The notes under the pieces: model-generated
Databases searched by the model: none
Told to the model about the DNA's origin: nothing
What the model saw: only the letters and a program-made list of their open reading frames with translations
Shown here: one piece after another, positions 62,445-64,000 of the stretch
Position numbering within the stretch: the first letter of the stretch is position 1
Layout of the letters: every line of letters starts with the position of its first letter
Assembly: GCA_034667725.1 (NCBI GenBank)
Contig: JAXDQS010000003.1
Coordinates: 320,001 to 384,000, forward strand
From: Thermoplasmata archaeon
GTDB lineage: Archaea; Thermoplasmatota; E2; JACPAO01; JAHFTW01
Length of the DNA stretch: 64,000 nt
Reading direction: 5' to 3'
Translations under genes and position numbers: made by a program

Positions 62445-62496
62445 TCGGCGGTGAGGCGTCGCCCACCCATCCCCCAAACCCACCGGGGACCCCGAG

Positions 62497-64000
62497 CTAG
62501 GCCTTCGGCCCGTTCGGGTACACCGTCGGCCCCAAGTCCAGCCCGCCGTCGGTCGCGATGAACCGGTTCGTCAGTCCCGCCGCGTCGCGCTTGGCGTACA
62601 CGCCCATGAGGCGGCCGTCGGGGGCGATGTCGGATTGCAGGAAGTCGCCGAGGTTGCGGCCGATGGGTCCGCGCAGGAGGTTGGGGTCCGCGACGCCGGA
62701 CTGGAAGCTGGGGGTCTCCTGGTCGGCGTCGATGCTGGCGGCGGCCATGAGGCTCCAGGTCCGTTGGGCGGGCTCGACGTCGGCGTCGGCGTGGTACCAG
62801 AGGATGCCGACATGGCCGGCGCGGCCGGCGGCGGGCCAGGGGAGGGTGTTGTCGCCCGGGGCGCCGAGGGCCACGGTGGGAAGCCAGGACCCGTCGGGGC
62901 GCTGGCGGGCCAGGAACAGGTCGGTGGTCTTCGGGTCGAGGCTGTGCACGAAGGCCACGTAGAGGTTGCCGGCCTCGTCCACGACGGGGGGAATCTGGAT
63001 GTCCCAGCCGCCGGGGCGTTCGGTGTCGGGGAGGGGCAGGGGCTCGTCGTCGCTCCAGGTCGTGCCGCCGTCGAGGCTGCGCCACAGGCGAATGGTGTCG
63101 CCGCAGCTTGCGACCACGGCGAGGTCGTCGCGCTGGGGGCCTTGGCCGAGGTTGCCGAGGCCGCAGGGGAACGAGCCGCGGGCGGTGGCGTCCCAGGTCT
63201 CGCCGCCGTCGGTGGAGCCGTAGACGCGGGTGGCGCTGCCCGTGTTGTAGGCGATCCACACTTGGCCGGGGGCGCCGGCGCGGACCCAGGGGCGGTCCAC
63301 GATGGGCTCGACGGGCCAGGCGCCTTGGAACTCCAGCTCGCCGGTGGCGGAGTAGCGGGAGAACCAAGTGCTGCCGACGGCGATGTCGAAGAAGTAGACG
63401 TCGCCGGCGTCGTCGATGGCGAAGTCGCCCTCGATGCCGAAGGCGTCGCGCGCGATGCCTTGCGAGGTGCCGGCCTCAAGGGTCTGGAAGGTCTTGCCGC
63501 CGTCGCGGGAGGTCCAGATGGGCGGGGACTGGCCGATGCAGCACACGGCGCTGGCCCAGACGGTGCCGTCGCCGGCGACCTCCAGCTGGGGCTCGCCGAA
63601 GTCGCCGCAGCCGCGGGCCTGGAACGGCGTCGGCTGGCACACCAGGTCGACGGGGGCCAGGAAGCCGAGCGTGCCCGGGAGGGCGGCCTCGGTCGCGGGC
63701 TGGAGCTCCAGGCGGTCGCCGAGCGTGTCCGCGGCGGCGAGGGCGGCAAGGCCGCCGAAGCGCACGGCGACGGTGGCGCCTGGGGGCACGGCCGCGCGGG
63801 GGAAGCGGCCGTCGGCGCCGGTCTCGAAGGCGGCCAGGGTGGCGTTGCCGGCGGAGACGCCGACGAAGGCGCCGCGGACGGGGGCGCCCGCCTCGTCGAC
63901 GACCAGGATGGTGCTGGACGGGGGCGGCGCGACCGGGGCGGGGGTCGTGCAGCCGGCCAGGAGGGCGCCCAGCAGGAAGGCGGCAAGGAGGACGGGTGTG
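62497..64000 (-). CDS. Lipoprotein with BNR/Asp-box sialidase-like domain (5' end outside window)
   Basis: Frame open to window edge with LLAGC lipobox; SRDGGKTF, STDGGETW, SLDGGTTW; paralogous to 24770-26314. Confidence 0.82.
   Translation of the reverse strand, partial: TPVLLAAFLLGALLAGCTTPAPVAPPPSSTILVVDEAGAPVRGAFVGVSAGNATLAAFETGADGRFPRAAVPPGATVAVRFGGLAALAAADTLGDRLELQPATEAALPGTLGFLAPVDLVCQPTPFQARGCGDFGEPQLEVAGDGTVWASAVCCIGQSPPIWTSRDGGKTFQTLEAGTSQGIARDAFGIEGDFAIDDAGDVYFFDIAVGSTWFSRYSATGELEFQGAWPVEPIVDRPWVRAGAPGQVWIAYNTGSATRVYGSTDGGETWDATARGSFPCGLGNLGQGPQRDDLAVVASCGDTIRLWRSLDGGTTWSDDEPLPLPDTERPGGWDIQIPPVVDEAGNLYVAFVHSLDPKTTDLFLARQRPDGSWLPTVALGAPGDNTLPWPAAGRAGHVGILWYHADADVEPAQRTWSLMAAASIDADQETPSFQSGVADPNLLRGPIGRNLGDFLQSDIAPDGRLMGVYAKRDAAGLTNRFIATDGGLDLGPTVYPNGPKA

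Noticed and set aside
62140-62466. ORFs reading through the repeat arrays (DTDSTE / NLWNLCP peptides)
   Set aside because: Translations of non-coding repeats with atypical codon usage, overlapping real gene ends.
1-64000. Bacterial (actinobacterial) origin suggested by GC content, TopA and aldolase
   Set aside because: Cbf5, archaeal Adk/Cmk, DUF106, DUF63, deoxyhypusine synthase, TATA-like promoters and a CCA-less tRNA together indicate an archaeon.

Overview
High-GC (about 70%) archaeal genome segment, most likely Thermoplasmatota. Evidence: archaeal adkA-DUF106-cmk-cbf5 block without rpl34e/rpl14e, deoxyhypusine synthase, archaeal-type ProRS, DUF63, TATA-like elements about 30 nt upstream of leaderless starts, and a tRNA-Gly lacking encoded CCA. 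Main contents: (1) a co-oriented tryptophan-catabolic cluster at about 1.6-14.1 kb (TDO, KynB, LLM monooxygenase coupled to a class-3 asparaginase homologue, 2-aminophenol 1,6-dioxygenase beta subunit, alpha subunit fused to RidA, ALDH8A1-type dehydrogenase, SDR). No kynureninase, KMO, 3-HAO or ACMSD is present in the window. The gene set fits a plausibly undescribed route: Baeyer-Villiger oxidation of kynurenine, then release of aspartate plus 2-aminophenol by the asparaginase-like enzyme (inference). (2) Housekeeping genes. (3) An 11-subunit complex I-like operon (nuoABCDHIJKLMN, no nuoEFG) head-to-head with a MidA/NDUFAF7 methyltransferase. (4) A secreted-hydrolase islet next to tRNA-Gly, with a structured 107-bp tandem array fused to the tRNA 3' end. 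(5) A dispersed family of palindromic repeats with about 9-nt internal period (CACAGATT/AATCTGTG and variants), plus GNA-triloop hairpin elements. An orphan V/A-ATPase K-like proteolipid was also noticed. All calls come from motif recognition by eye; no searches were run, and many start codons were re-chosen from the ORF track.
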